Below are positions 55,784 to 64,000 of a DNA stretch of 64,000 bases, piece by piece (positions within the stretch are counted from its first letter, which is position 1; the number at the start of each line of letters is the position of its first letter). Origin of the DNA: Verrucomicrobiaceae bacterium. GTDB lineage: Bacteria > Verrucomicrobiota > Verrucomicrobiia > Verrucomicrobiales > Akkermansiaceae. Below the pieces are notes generated by a model. It had not been told where the DNA came from, searched no databases, and worked only from the letters and a program-made list of their open reading frames with translations. The stretch is from positions 193,591 to 257,590 of the forward strand of contig JBPOGH010000004.1 of the NCBI GenBank assembly GCA_051252135.1, written 5' to 3'. A program made the translations under genes and the position numbers.

Positions 55784-57310
55784 ATGGGGAAGATACGATC
55801 CGGTTTTTTGCTGATGCTCCTGGCAGCTCTCGCGGTCCTGGTGGCCGGGGAGCGCTTGGCGCGTCGTGAAGTGGAGGATCGCAAGGAGGTGGACCGGATC
55901 CAGTTGGAAGGGTTTACGTTGGCGCTGGGGGGAGAGTTGGAGCGGATCGAGGAATTGCTTGAGGAGCGTTTGTGGAAGTTGGGTGAGCGGGCGATGGAGA
56001 AGGAAGATTTGATGGAAGTGGTGGATGGGCGGGCTGAGTTGCGGTCGGTTTATTTGTTAGGTAAGGATGGTGTGATTCGGGAATGGGTGCCGCTGCTGCG
56101 GGTGGGTGAGGTGAGTGCTCCGGAAGTGCTTGTGGGGGATCAGGCGGTGCCGTTGAGGGGGGAGACGGCGGTGATTTTTGGGGTGGAGTTTTTCGAGAAG
56201 TTGACGATGGGTGAATCGGGGTGGAGGGAGTCGGGGGACGGGCGGCATCGGGCTTTTTGGATGAGTGCGGACGGGGAGGGGTTGGTGGTGATATTGTGTG
56301 ATTTTGCGGTGATCTCGGAGCAGTTGACGGTGAGCTTGCAGGGATGGGGGCGGGAGCGATTTTCACCATTTTTGAGTGATGGGAAGATGGCGGTGGTGGA
56401 GGGTCGGGAGCGGGTGGTGGTGCTGGGAGAGGGCGGGGAGGGGGTGGCCTCGGTGGCGATGCCGCTTCAGAATGATTTGGGGACGATTTGGGTGAGGGCG
56501 TGGGACGGGGTGGAGGAAAGGACGGAGTATCATTTGCCTTCGCTGATCGGGGCGGCGGTGTTGGCGGTGGCGCTGGTGGGACTGGGTTGGGTGGTGGCGC
56601 AGGCGCAGAGGCGGGCGTGGCTGGAGGCGGAGGAGCGGGTGTCCTTTACGAACCGGGTGTCCCATGAGTTGGGGACACCTTTGACGAATATGGAGTTGAA
56701 TTTGGAGTTGGCGTCGAGGTCGTTGCGGAGTGATCCGGAGCGGGCGGGGGAGCGGCTGGAGAAGGTGCGGGAGGAGGTTTCGCGCTTGGGGAGGTTGGTG
56801 GGGAATGTGCTGACGCGGTCGCGGAAAGAGCAGGGGGTGCTGGAGGAGTCGGTGCATCGGTGTGTGCCGGATGAGGTGATCGGGAAGGTGGTGGAGCAAT
56901 TTTGTCCGGCGCTGGAGCGGCGCGGGATTGAGGTGGAGTGGGAGGGCGAAGCGGGTGGAGAGATGGTGTTGGACAGTGATGCATTGTCCCAGGTGGTGTG
57001 GAATTTGGTTTCCAACGTGGAGAAGCATGCGCGGGACGGGAAGTGGGTGGGGGTGAGGTCGGGTGTAAGGGATGGTGTTTTATGGGTGGAGGTGGAGGAT
57101 CGGGGGGAGGGAATTGAGGGGGGCGACCGGGAGCGGGTCTTTGAGGCGTTTGAGCGGGTGAAGGGTGGTGTGAAGGAGGGAGTGAGCGGGACGGGATTGG
57201 GTCTGGCGATTTGTCGTGATCTGGCGAGGATGATGGGGGGGGAATTGAAGTTACTGCCGAGCGATGAGGGATCGTTGTTTCGGCTGGAGGTACCGAATCG
57301 AACGATATGA
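55784..57310 (+). CDS. Sensor histidine kinase (HisKA, HATPase)
   Basis: Two TM helices, VSHELGTPLT, NLVSNVEKH, DRGEGI, GTGLGL. Confidence 0.95.
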   Translation: MGKIRSGFLLMLLAALAVLVAGERLARREVEDRKEVDRIQLEGFTLALGGELERIEELLEERLWKLGERAMEKEDLMEVVDGRAELRSVYLLGKDGVIREWVPLLRVGEVSAPEVLVGDQAVPLRGETAVIFGVEFFEKLTMGESGWRESGDGRHRAFWMSADGEGLVVILCDFAVISEQLTVSLQGWGRERFSPFLSDGKMAVVEGRERVVVLGEGGEGVASVAMPLQNDLGTIWVRAWDGVEERTEYHLPSLIGAAVLAVALVGLGWVVAQAQRRAWLEAEERVSFTNRVSHELGTPLTNMELNLELASRSLRSDPERAGERLEKVREEVSRLGRLVGNVLTRSRKEQGVLEESVHRCVPDEVIGKVVEQFCPALERRGIEVEWEGEAGGEMVLDSDALSQVVWNLVSNVEKHARDGKWVGVRSGVRDGVLWVEVEDRGEGIEGGDRERVFEAFERVKGGVKEGVSGTGLGLAICRDLARMMGGELKLLPSDEGSLFRLEVPNRTI

Positions 57311-57975
57311 AAATCCTGATTGCCGAAGATGAACCGCTGACGCTGGAGGCGTTGGGCGAGCTGTTGGGGATGGAGGGCTTTGAGGTGGTGACGGCGACGA
57401 ACGGAAAGGAGGCGCTGGAGTGTTGGGAAGCGGAGAAGCCGGACCTGGTGTGTCTTGATATCATGATGCCGGTGATGGATGGATACGCGGCATGTCGGGA
57501 GTTGCGGAAGCGGGACGGGACGGTGCCGATCTTGTTTCTTTCGGCGAAGCGGGAGGAGGTGGATGTGGTGGTGGGGCTGGAGTTGGGGGCGGATGATTTT
57601 ATTCGAAAGCCGTTTTCGGCAGGTGAGGTGATGGCGCGGATTCGGGCGGCCTTGCGGCGGGCGTATCCGGGTGAGCGAAGGAGGGTGGTGATGATTCACG
57701 GGTTGACTCTTTGGCCGGATGAGTTGCGGGGAGAGGAGGGCGGGAGGACGATTGAGTTTACGCCGAGAGAGGTGGCGATGTTGTTATTGCTCAATGAGAA
57801 GGGGAGTGTGCCGGTATCGCGGGATGAGTTTCTGGATCGTTGCTGGGGGATGGATTACTTTCCTGATTCGCGGACGCTGGACCAGCATGTGCATGTGTTG
57901 CGCAAGAAGCTGGGAGAGCCGGAATTGATCGAGACGGTGCGCGGGGTGGGGTATCGGCTGGTCCGGGGGAAATAA
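57307..57975 (+). CDS. OmpR/PhoB-family response regulator
   Basis: ILIAEDE, LDIMMP, ADDFIRKPF, SRTLDQHV, TVRGVGY. Confidence 0.96.
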   Translation: MKILIAEDEPLTLEALGELLGMEGFEVVTATNGKEALECWEAEKPDLVCLDIMMPVMDGYAACRELRKRDGTVPILFLSAKREEVDVVVGLELGADDFIRKPFSAGEVMARIRAALRRAYPGERRRVVMIHGLTLWPDELRGEEGGRTIEFTPREVAMLLLLNEKGSVPVSRDEFLDRCWGMDYFPDSRTLDQHVHVLRKKLGEPELIETVRGVGYRLVRGK

Positions 57976-58007
57976 AAACGCCGTGCCTCGAAGAGACACG
58001 GCGTTTT
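57975..58007. terminator. Bidirectional terminator
   Basis: AAAACGCCGTG...CACGGCGTTTT between convergent genes. Confidence 0.85.
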
Positions 58008-58029
58008 GAAAGGTTGGATCGTTGATCCT

Positions 58030-58533
58030 CTAGCGACGACGACGGGCAGCGATGCCGAGACCGGCGAGGGCTACAAGAAGAGTCGAGGAGGGCTCGGGAA
58101 CGACTTGGTCGAAGCTTACGGCAACGACACCAGCGGTGATTCCGTTAAAGGAAACGAGCTGGGCATCTCCCGGGAAAGGAAGAGTGTTGACCTGGAAGCC
58201 TTCACCGGAACCTACGCCGGCGAAGTCAAAATTGATGTTGATGACGGGTCCGTTCTCGAAAGTGACCACCATTTGCTCTCCGTCGACGAAGCCGATGGAG
58301 TTGGCAATGACGCCTTCACTGTTCATGTGGGCGTTGGTGATTTCGAGGTGGGAGTTGCCACCATTGTTGTTGGGGGCTTCAGCGAAGCGAACGTTTCCGT
58401 ATCCGGGAACGTTGACGACGATGTCAGGGTTGAGCGGGGTACCGACAGCGAACGCGGAGAAATCCACGGTGAACGCGCTGGCCGACCCTGCAAAACCGAT
58501 CAATGCGGCTGCAATTGCGGAGGGTGTTTTCAT
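58030..58533 (-). CDS. PEP-CTERM sorting-domain protein
   Basis: Signal MKTPSAIAAALIGFAGSASA; C-terminal VPEPSSTLLVALAGLGIAARRRR. Confidence 0.92.
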   Translation of the reverse strand: MKTPSAIAAALIGFAGSASAFTVDFSAFAVGTPLNPDIVVNVPGYGNVRFAEAPNNNGGNSHLEITNAHMNSEGVIANSIGFVDGEQMVVTFENGPVININFDFAGVGSGEGFQVNTLPFPGDAQLVSFNGITAGVVAVSFDQVVPEPSSTLLVALAGLGIAARRRR

Positions 58534-58679
58534 GTTAATTTTGGGTGATTGCTCCTTAAAGGGAACAGTTCTTTTTATCAAAAGGCGCCGAATGGTCAAG
58601 GTGCTTGACAGTTATTTTATTAAAAACAACGTTAAATTTAAGTTTTATTAAATATAAGTGTTTTTTGGGATCTGAGGAC

Positions 58680-58719
58680 AAAAAACCCGGGGATCGCGAG
58701 GAAGTGCGATACCCGGGTT
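58680..58719 (-). terminator. Intrinsic terminator of the Ala/Glu/Lys-rich lipoprotein gene
   Basis: AACCCGGG-TATCGC...GCGAT-CCCCGGGTT followed by a T-run on the minus strand. Confidence 0.7.
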
Positions 58720-58738
58720 GGAAAAGGAAAGGTGGAAG

Positions 58739-59221
58739 TTAGTTGCCGGTGGCCTTTTCGATGACGTCTTTTTTGGCGTTTTCAGCGGCCTCTTTGATTT
58801 CTCCGACAGCGTCAGAGGCGGCTTCTTTTACGGCGTTGGTGGCGTCTTTGGTGGCTTCGGTGGCGTTTTTGGTGCCCTCGGAGACTTCTTTGACGGCGTT
58901 GGAAGCAGCTTCCTTGGCTTTTTCGGTGGCGTCGGCGGAGGCTTCTTTGGCTTCTTCGACCTTTTCGGCAACGGCCACCTTGGCTTCTTCGACTTTTACG
59001 GCTACGGCATCTTTGGCATCGGCGGCGGCATCCTGGGCATCAGCGGCGGCGTCCTTGGCGTCGGCAGCGGCTTCTTTTGCTTCTTCGGCAGCTTTGGTTG
59101 CGGCTTCTTCGGTTTTTTCAGCGGCTTTATCGGCGGCTTCGGATGCCTTGTCGGCGGCTTCTTTACAGGAAGTGAGGAAGACGAATCCGGTGGTGAGGAG
59201 GGCAATGGCTTTGAGTTTCAT
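58739..59221 (-). CDS. Ala/Glu/Lys-rich low-complexity lipoprotein (LEA-like)
   Basis: Lipobox LTSC; AADKA and AKEAA repeats. Confidence 0.85.
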   Translation of the reverse strand: MKLKAIALLTTGFVFLTSCKEAADKASEAADKAAEKTEEAATKAAEEAKEAAADAKDAAADAQDAAADAKDAVAVKVEEAKVAVAEKVEEAKEASADATEKAKEAASNAVKEVSEGTKNATEATKDATNAVKEAASDAVGEIKEAAENAKKDVIEKATGN

Positions 59222-59339
59222 AATATATTGGGGATGTAACTAATCGATTGTCGATTTGTGGGTTAGCGCAGGTTGGAAAAGTACCCACTTGCGTCTTGTA
59301 ACCCTGTTGTCATTCGTGCGGAATGCAAGGGTAAGTTTC

Positions 59340-59501
59340 ATGATCCAGTGTCCGACATGCCATGAGTGGTTCAGTATTTCCGAAGTGGCTCCGGAGGATT
59401 ACGGGAGTCAGATGGACTATGACTGCGAGGTTTGTTGTCGCCCGCTTATCTTGTTGGTGGATGAAGACGGAGAGGTGAGTGCCCAGGGGGTGGATGAGTG
59501 A
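59340..59501 (+). CDS. CPXCG-type cysteine-rich small protein
   Basis: MIQCPTCHE...DCEVCCRP. Stop overlaps the next start (GTGA). Confidence 0.88.
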   Translation: MIQCPTCHEWFSISEVAPEDYGSQMDYDCEVCCRPLILLVDEDGEVSAQGVDE

Positions 59502-60490
59502 GTGAGTTGGTCTCGGTGGTATTTCCGGTGGGGCCGGGAGCGGAGGGAGCGTTGGCAGCGCTTGGGGATATTTTGGGGCAATCGTGGGAAGAGCTGGAGG
59601 TGTTGGTGGTGTTGAACGGGTGTCCGGAGGAGGTGCGAGGGGAGTTTGGGAAGGTTGGGGATGGGAGGGTGAGGATTTTTGATCTGGGGGATGAGGGGGA
59701 TCTTTTGGGGGCGCTGGGTCTGGCGATCCGGAATGCGCGGGGGAAGTGGCTGGCGCGAATGGACTCGGATGACCGGTGTGATGGGGAGCGGATTGAGAAG
59801 ACGATGGGGCCGCTTTTGGCGGGGGAGGGTGAGGTGGCGAGTTGCGGGATTGAGCTGGAGGGGGCGCTGGGTGACGGGATGCAGCGGTATGTGGACTGGG
59901 TGGAGAGTTTGGGGACTCCGGAGGAGGTGGCGCGGGAGCGATTTGTGGAGAGTCCGGTGGTGCAGCCGACGGTGGTGATGGCGAAGGAGACGCTGCTGAA
60001 GGCGGGGGGGTATTTGGACAATGGGCTGGCGGAGGATTATGATCTTTGGCTGCGGTTGTTGGGGCAGGGAAGGCGTTTTGTGAAGGTGAAGGAGAAGTTA
60101 TACCGGTGGCGTGATCATGCGGGGCGCTTAACGCGGACGCATCAGCGGTATGGTCAGCGTGAGATGTTGCGGGTGAAGGCGCGTGGGCTTGCGGGGCTGC
60201 CCGGGGTGAAGGAGCGAGGGGTGGCGATTTGCGGAGCGGGTCCGATGGGCAAGGTGTTGGCGAGCGAGTTACTTGAGCTCGGGGTGACGGTGCATGGCTT
60301 TTTTGAGGTGAGTGAAAAGAGGATCGGGGGGGAGGCGCGGGGGCGGCCGGTAGTGTCGGATGTTGAGTTGGGGGAGCGGTGGAGTGAGGCGGTGTTGCTA
60401 TCGGCGGTGGGAGGAGGGCGGGAAGCGGTGCGGGAAATCGCGATGGAACGGGGGTTTGAGGAGGGGGTGGATTTTTGGTGTTGTTGTTGA
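59498..60490 (+). CDS. Glycosyltransferase family 2 with C-terminal Rossmann-like segment
   Basis: VSVVFPV, ARMDSDD, EDYDLWLR, AICGAGPMG. Confidence 0.9.
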   Translation: MSELVSVVFPVGPGAEGALAALGDILGQSWEELEVLVVLNGCPEEVRGEFGKVGDGRVRIFDLGDEGDLLGALGLAIRNARGKWLARMDSDDRCDGERIEKTMGPLLAGEGEVASCGIELEGALGDGMQRYVDWVESLGTPEEVARERFVESPVVQPTVVMAKETLLKAGGYLDNGLAEDYDLWLRLLGQGRRFVKVKEKLYRWRDHAGRLTRTHQRYGQREMLRVKARGLAGLPGVKERGVAICGAGPMGKVLASELLELGVTVHGFFEVSEKRIGGEARGRPVVSDVELGERWSEAVLLSAVGGGREAVREIAMERGFEEGVDFWCCC

Positions 60491-60506
60491 GTTGTTTTCC
60501 TGGGGG

Positions 60507-61721
60507 TTATTGGGCGAGGAGGTTGGCCATGGCGCGGCCGAGGGCTTCGCCGATGTTTTGGTAGGTTTCGGCGTGGCCGTTGTAGTGGCCGTTTGAGGCT
60601 CCGCCTTTTGAGAGGGGATGGGTGTAGACGGTGGCGACGTTTCCATGAAAGTCTTCGTACTTTCCGGAGTCGCCATCGACGGCGAGTTGTGCCTTGAGGA
60701 TGTCGCCGTCGATTCCGGAGGCGCCTTTTTTGGTTTGGCCGAGGGTGGCGCAGACGAATTTGGCGTCGGGGGCGTCGAAATCCTTACGGAGGGATTTGAT
60801 GAGTTGGACGAGGTTTTGTTCGTAGCGGGAGGCGTGGGCGGGGTTGTAGCGGTCCTTGTCGCCCTGCCAGAAGATGAAGCCGGCGATTTGGTAATCCTTG
60901 GCGCCGGGGTAGTATTTTTCGAGGTTGGCGAGGACTCGTTTTGCGTCGGCGGTGTCGTCGTCGTATTGCTTGCCGGCATACCAGTTGATGGGTTTTGGTT
61001 TGGTGCCGGTGGGCCACTTGTCGGGGCTGTCCTTGTAGCCGGCGTAGGTGATGCCCTTGATTTCATATTGTTCGCTGCCGGGAGGGAGGAGGTCCCAGCC
61101 GAGGGAGCGGTTGCCGATGCAGGATTTGAGGATGAGGACGGGGGCGTCGATGGCCTCGCCGAGGGCGTATCCGATGCCGAGCTCGGGGCCGATTTTTCCG
61201 GCGTTGGCGGGGGACATCCAGTCGTTGACGTGGTCCCTGGATTGCATGACGCGGACGTTACGGACGTCCTTGCGGGTGGTCCATGCGCCGGAGTCGTCGA
61301 TGAGGTAGGGGTATTTGCCTTCTTTGGTGGCGGCCTGGAGGGTTCCGGGGTTGTCACCTGCGACCTTGCCGAAGCCGAGCATGTTGGACTGGCCCATGAG
61401 GATGAAGACCTGAACGGGCTTGCTCATGTCAGCTTCCCTGGCGTCGGGATCGGGGAGGATGTCGGGGAGTTCTTTGGCGGGACCGGAGGTTGATCGGGCT
61501 CCGTTTTTTTTGAGGTAGGCGATGTCCTCCGGGGAGAGGACGGATTGGTTGAATTTGGAGAGTTTTCCGTTGGCCATCCTGACCACGACGAGGCCGGTTG
61601 CGGGGTCGTAGGAATGGAGGTCGGCCTCGAAGTCTTGCGAGCCATCCGCGCTGGTCCAGGTGCGGGCGTGGACGGAGAAGATCAGACAGGCGTAGAGAGC
61701 GAGGATGGGTTTGAAGTTCAT
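60507..61721 (-). CDS. Sialate O-acetylesterase (SASA/DUF303, SGNH) with N-terminal SHD1-like domain
   Basis: RTWTSADG...LSPED, FILMGQSNM, IGPELG, WQGDKD, GHYN. Confidence 0.88.
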   Translation of the reverse strand: MNFKPILALYACLIFSVHARTWTSADGSQDFEADLHSYDPATGLVVVRMANGKLSKFNQSVLSPEDIAYLKKNGARSTSGPAKELPDILPDPDAREADMSKPVQVFILMGQSNMLGFGKVAGDNPGTLQAATKEGKYPYLIDDSGAWTTRKDVRNVRVMQSRDHVNDWMSPANAGKIGPELGIGYALGEAIDAPVLILKSCIGNRSLGWDLLPPGSEQYEIKGITYAGYKDSPDKWPTGTKPKPINWYAGKQYDDDTADAKRVLANLEKYYPGAKDYQIAGFIFWQGDKDRYNPAHASRYEQNLVQLIKSLRKDFDAPDAKFVCATLGQTKKGASGIDGDILKAQLAVDGDSGKYEDFHGNVATVYTHPLSKGGASNGHYNGHAETYQNIGEALGRAMANLLAQ

Positions 61722-61793
61722 GTGGGGAGATGGGCTTTTGGCCACCCAATCTCAACCCGCTGCCGAGTGAACTCAATCTCTGAAATTACCGCG

Positions 61794-63665
61794 CTATGGT
61801 TTGGTGTAGGAATTTGTGGAGACCGAGGTGACCTGGCCTTGGGTGGGATGGGTTGCGGTGAAGCTGGCGGTGTAGGCTTGGCCGGAGACGAAGGAGCTGT
61901 CGTTGAACGAGATGGTGACGGTGCCTCCGGTGGGGCCGTTGAGTCCCCAGTTGACGACGGTGCCGGTGACGTTTCCGACGCGGATGTTGGAGGCGAGGGT
62001 TTGCATGGGGGGGCCGTCGGTAAAGCTGAAGACGAATCCTGCGGCTGCGGATCCGGTGCCAGGGGTTCCGCCGGTGCCGCCACCGCCAGGGCCGCCAGGA
62101 CCACCGCCACCGGCAGCGGTGCTGAACTCGGTGGTGTCATAGATGGCGAGGCCGGTTTGTTTGATGCGGAAGAAGCGTCCGGAGGCGGGGGTTTCGGTGA
62201 CTTCGACAGAGGCCGAGGTGGCGGTGAGGGTGATGGCTCCGTTGTTCCAGGTCTCGAGGTCGTCGGTGGTGTCGATCTCATATTGTCCGCCGGCCTGACC
62301 GTTCCAGACGATGGTGATTTCGTTGTTTCCGGAATCGTAGCGGTCTTTTCCTTTGTTGAGGACGATGGAGGATGCGCCGGTGAAGGTCTCGGTGACGGGT
62401 TCGGCTATTTCGGTGACGCCGGATGCGACGGTGGGGTCGCCGAAGTAGTTGTAGGCGAGGTTGTAGGGGTAGGTTGGGGTGCCGTCTTCTTCGACAGCGG
62501 TGAAGTAGGCCCAGGTGCCTTCGGGGAACTCGGGGGTGACGCAGAAGCGGGTGTTGTATTCGTTGAGGTCGAAGTCGGTGCCGAGAGTGAATCCGAGGTC
62601 CCCTTTATAAGCATAGTCCTCCATGTAGTGGCCAATGGTGAAGGAGGAGGAGACATTGGGGCCGTAGAAGGCGGCGCTCAGGGCGGTGGTGGTGCGGGCA
62701 CCCTGGGAGACGACCCATTGCGGGAGGGTGGTGCGTCCGGTGGCGGCGAGGTCGGTTGAGCCGTTGGAGCCGTCGCGTTTTTGGTAGCCGGTGATCATGC
62801 GGCGGACGGGGCTGGAGGGATCGGTGGGATCACTGTAGCCGTAGGGGCCATACATGGGGATGCCGTCGTTGACCCAAGCGATGATGGGGCTGTGTTGGCC
62901 GTTGAAGTTTTCGGTGTAGGGGCTGTCGCCACCGATGCCTTGGTAGACGACGGTGGGGTCGTGGTCGACAGAGTCGCCCAGAGTGGCGCGGAGTGCTACG
63001 GGGCTGGCGTGGTAGTGGAATTGCTCCATGGCCTGGTGGGCGTTGCCGGCGTCGAAGGAGACTCCTTCGTTGGTGAAGGCGTCGCGGTTCCAGTAGCCGT
63101 CGCCTTGGTTGTTATTGGTGGGTTCCTGGTCGCCGCCAGCCGAGGTGTCATAGGAGAAGGTGTCACCTGTGTTGAAGAGGGGGACGCCATCGACAAAGAG
63201 TCCGCAGGTTCCGATGTTTGAGGGAGTTCTGGTAGCGGGGGCGTAGTTCTCCGGGTAGTTGGTGGTGCGGGGGAAGCGGTAGAGGATGGCGGCATTTCCG
63301 GGGAAGGAGGGGAAGGCGGTGGTGCGGGCGGCGTTGAGGAACCAGGGGCCCATGGTGTTGGTGGCGAGGCCGGTGGACTTGATGTAGACGTAGTCGGCGG
63401 AGTAGGAGATGCCCTGGACGCCGGCGTAGACGGGCAGGGGTTGGTCGCCGACGGTGACTCCGGCGTAGTCTGCCGAGTCCCAGGTGCTGAGGGAGGTGAG
63501 TGAGCCGCCTCCGCGCTCGGTGATTTCATCGGCTTGGGTGGCCCAGATGCGGGCGTAGTTTCCGGCGTCGGCGGTGTGCCAGGAGGTGAGGAGGGGTTCT
63601 GCGGCAAGGGGGGAGAGGGCGAGGGCCAGGGAGGTGGCGGTGGTGGATAATGAGGAAGGTTTCAT
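61794..63665 (-). CDS. Secreted YHYH-domain protein
   Basis: GLFVDGVPLF, QFHYH, HSPIIAWVNDGIPMYGPYGY, DLNEYNTRFCVTPEFPEGTWAYF, YPY. Confidence 0.9.
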   Translation of the reverse strand: MKPSSLSTTATSLALALSPLAAEPLLTSWHTADAGNYARIWATQADEITERGGGSLTSLSTWDSADYAGVTVGDQPLPVYAGVQGISYSADYVYIKSTGLATNTMGPWFLNAARTTAFPSFPGNAAILYRFPRTTNYPENYAPATRTPSNIGTCGLFVDGVPLFNTGDTFSYDTSAGGDQEPTNNNQGDGYWNRDAFTNEGVSFDAGNAHQAMEQFHYHASPVALRATLGDSVDHDPTVVYQGIGGDSPYTENFNGQHSPIIAWVNDGIPMYGPYGYSDPTDPSSPVRRMITGYQKRDGSNGSTDLAATGRTTLPQWVVSQGARTTTALSAAFYGPNVSSSFTIGHYMEDYAYKGDLGFTLGTDFDLNEYNTRFCVTPEFPEGTWAYFTAVEEDGTPTYPYNLAYNYFGDPTVASGVTEIAEPVTETFTGASSIVLNKGKDRYDSGNNEITIVWNGQAGGQYEIDTTDDLETWNNGAITLTATSASVEVTETPASGRFFRIKQTGLAIYDTTEFSTAAGGGGPGGPGGGGTGGTPGTGSAAAGFVFSFTDGPPMQTLASNIRVGNVTGTVVNWGLNGPTGGTVTISFNDSSFVSGQAYTASFTATHPTQGQVTSVSTNSYTKP

Positions 63666-63705
63666 TGAGGTGTTGGATGTGGTGGCCGAGAGATTGGGAA
63701 AGATA

Positions 63706-63758
63706 TGTTAACGGGGGATGGGGAAAGGGGAGGTAAATTGTTAAGATTGTGTAAAGCC
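63706..63758 (-). promoter_or_regulatory. Regulated promoter with GTTAAG-N5-GTAAAG repeat, shared with the EF-hand gene
   Basis: Matches 30186-30238 at identical offsets from the start codon. Confidence 0.65.
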
Positions 63759-63786
63759 TGCAAGATGGCGGGGGCAGGGAAGGGGA

Positions 63787-64000
63787 GCACTTTTACTGTG
63801 TAAGAGTGGTCGGGGAGACAGGATTGCCGTTGGCTGTCTTCGTTCGCCGGGGCTCACTACGGCTCGAACTGCGTTCTCATCCTGAGGCTGCCTTTGGCAG
63901 AGGATGCACTTTTACTGCGTAAAAGTGGTCGGGGAGACAGGATTGCCGTTGGCTGTCTTCGTTCGCCGGGGCTCACTACGGCTCGAACTGCGTTCTCATC
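63787..64000 (-). repeat. 119-bp tandem repeat (at least 1.8 units, cut by window edge); each unit contains a 19-nt tRNA-Pro-like 3' end
   Basis: Units start at 63787 and 63906. Minus-strand AATCCTGTCTCCCCGACCA at 63807-63825 and 63926-63944. Confidence 0.9.

Noticed and set aside
58739..59221. Repetitive GCGGC/TTC-rich DNA as a non-coding repeat
   Set aside because: Explained by the Ala/Glu/Lys low-complexity lipoprotein coding sequence.
63787..64000. Possible CRISPR array or intact tRNA genes
   Set aside because: Whole 119-bp units repeat with no variable spacer. Only the 3' 19 nt are tRNA-like, with no D-arm or anticodon arm.

Overview
A 64 kb stretch of high-GC bacterial chromosome. The gene content points to a member of the Verrucomicrobiota (PVC superphylum): two PSD1/PSCyt cytochrome-domain proteins, DUF1501, two PEP-CTERM proteins, DUF1080, and YHYH and SASA proteins. 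This assignment is inferred from gene families only. The window holds about 55 credible CDSs (rimO, rmuC, sodA, holA, lemA, MoxR, two two-component systems, glycoside hydrolases and transferases, many secreted proteins), rnpB, tRNA-Leu(TAG) and tRNA-Val(TAC). I saw no CRISPR array, integrase, transposase or reverse transcriptase. The + strand is strongly G-skewed, which produces many long spurious antisense ORFs. Main observations: (1) an integrase-less, AT-richer 5.6 kb island bounded by a 60-bp direct repeat of the 3' end of a penta-haem cytochrome c gene, which appears to have swapped that protein's C-terminus; (2) a near-identical promoter layout at identical spacing upstream of an EF-hand gene and a YHYH gene 33.5 kb apart; (3) an 11-bp-phased TTTGAC array upstream of a secretin-like/kinase/regulator operon; (4) 119-bp tandem repeats, each carrying a tRNA-Pro-like 3' end; (5) a DUF455/ATP-grasp fusion whose conserved N-terminus has no canonical start codon; (6) a four-helix-bundle gene beside heptamer repeats, which also recur in intergenic spacers across the window. 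All family assignments come from motif recognition by eye, not from database searches.
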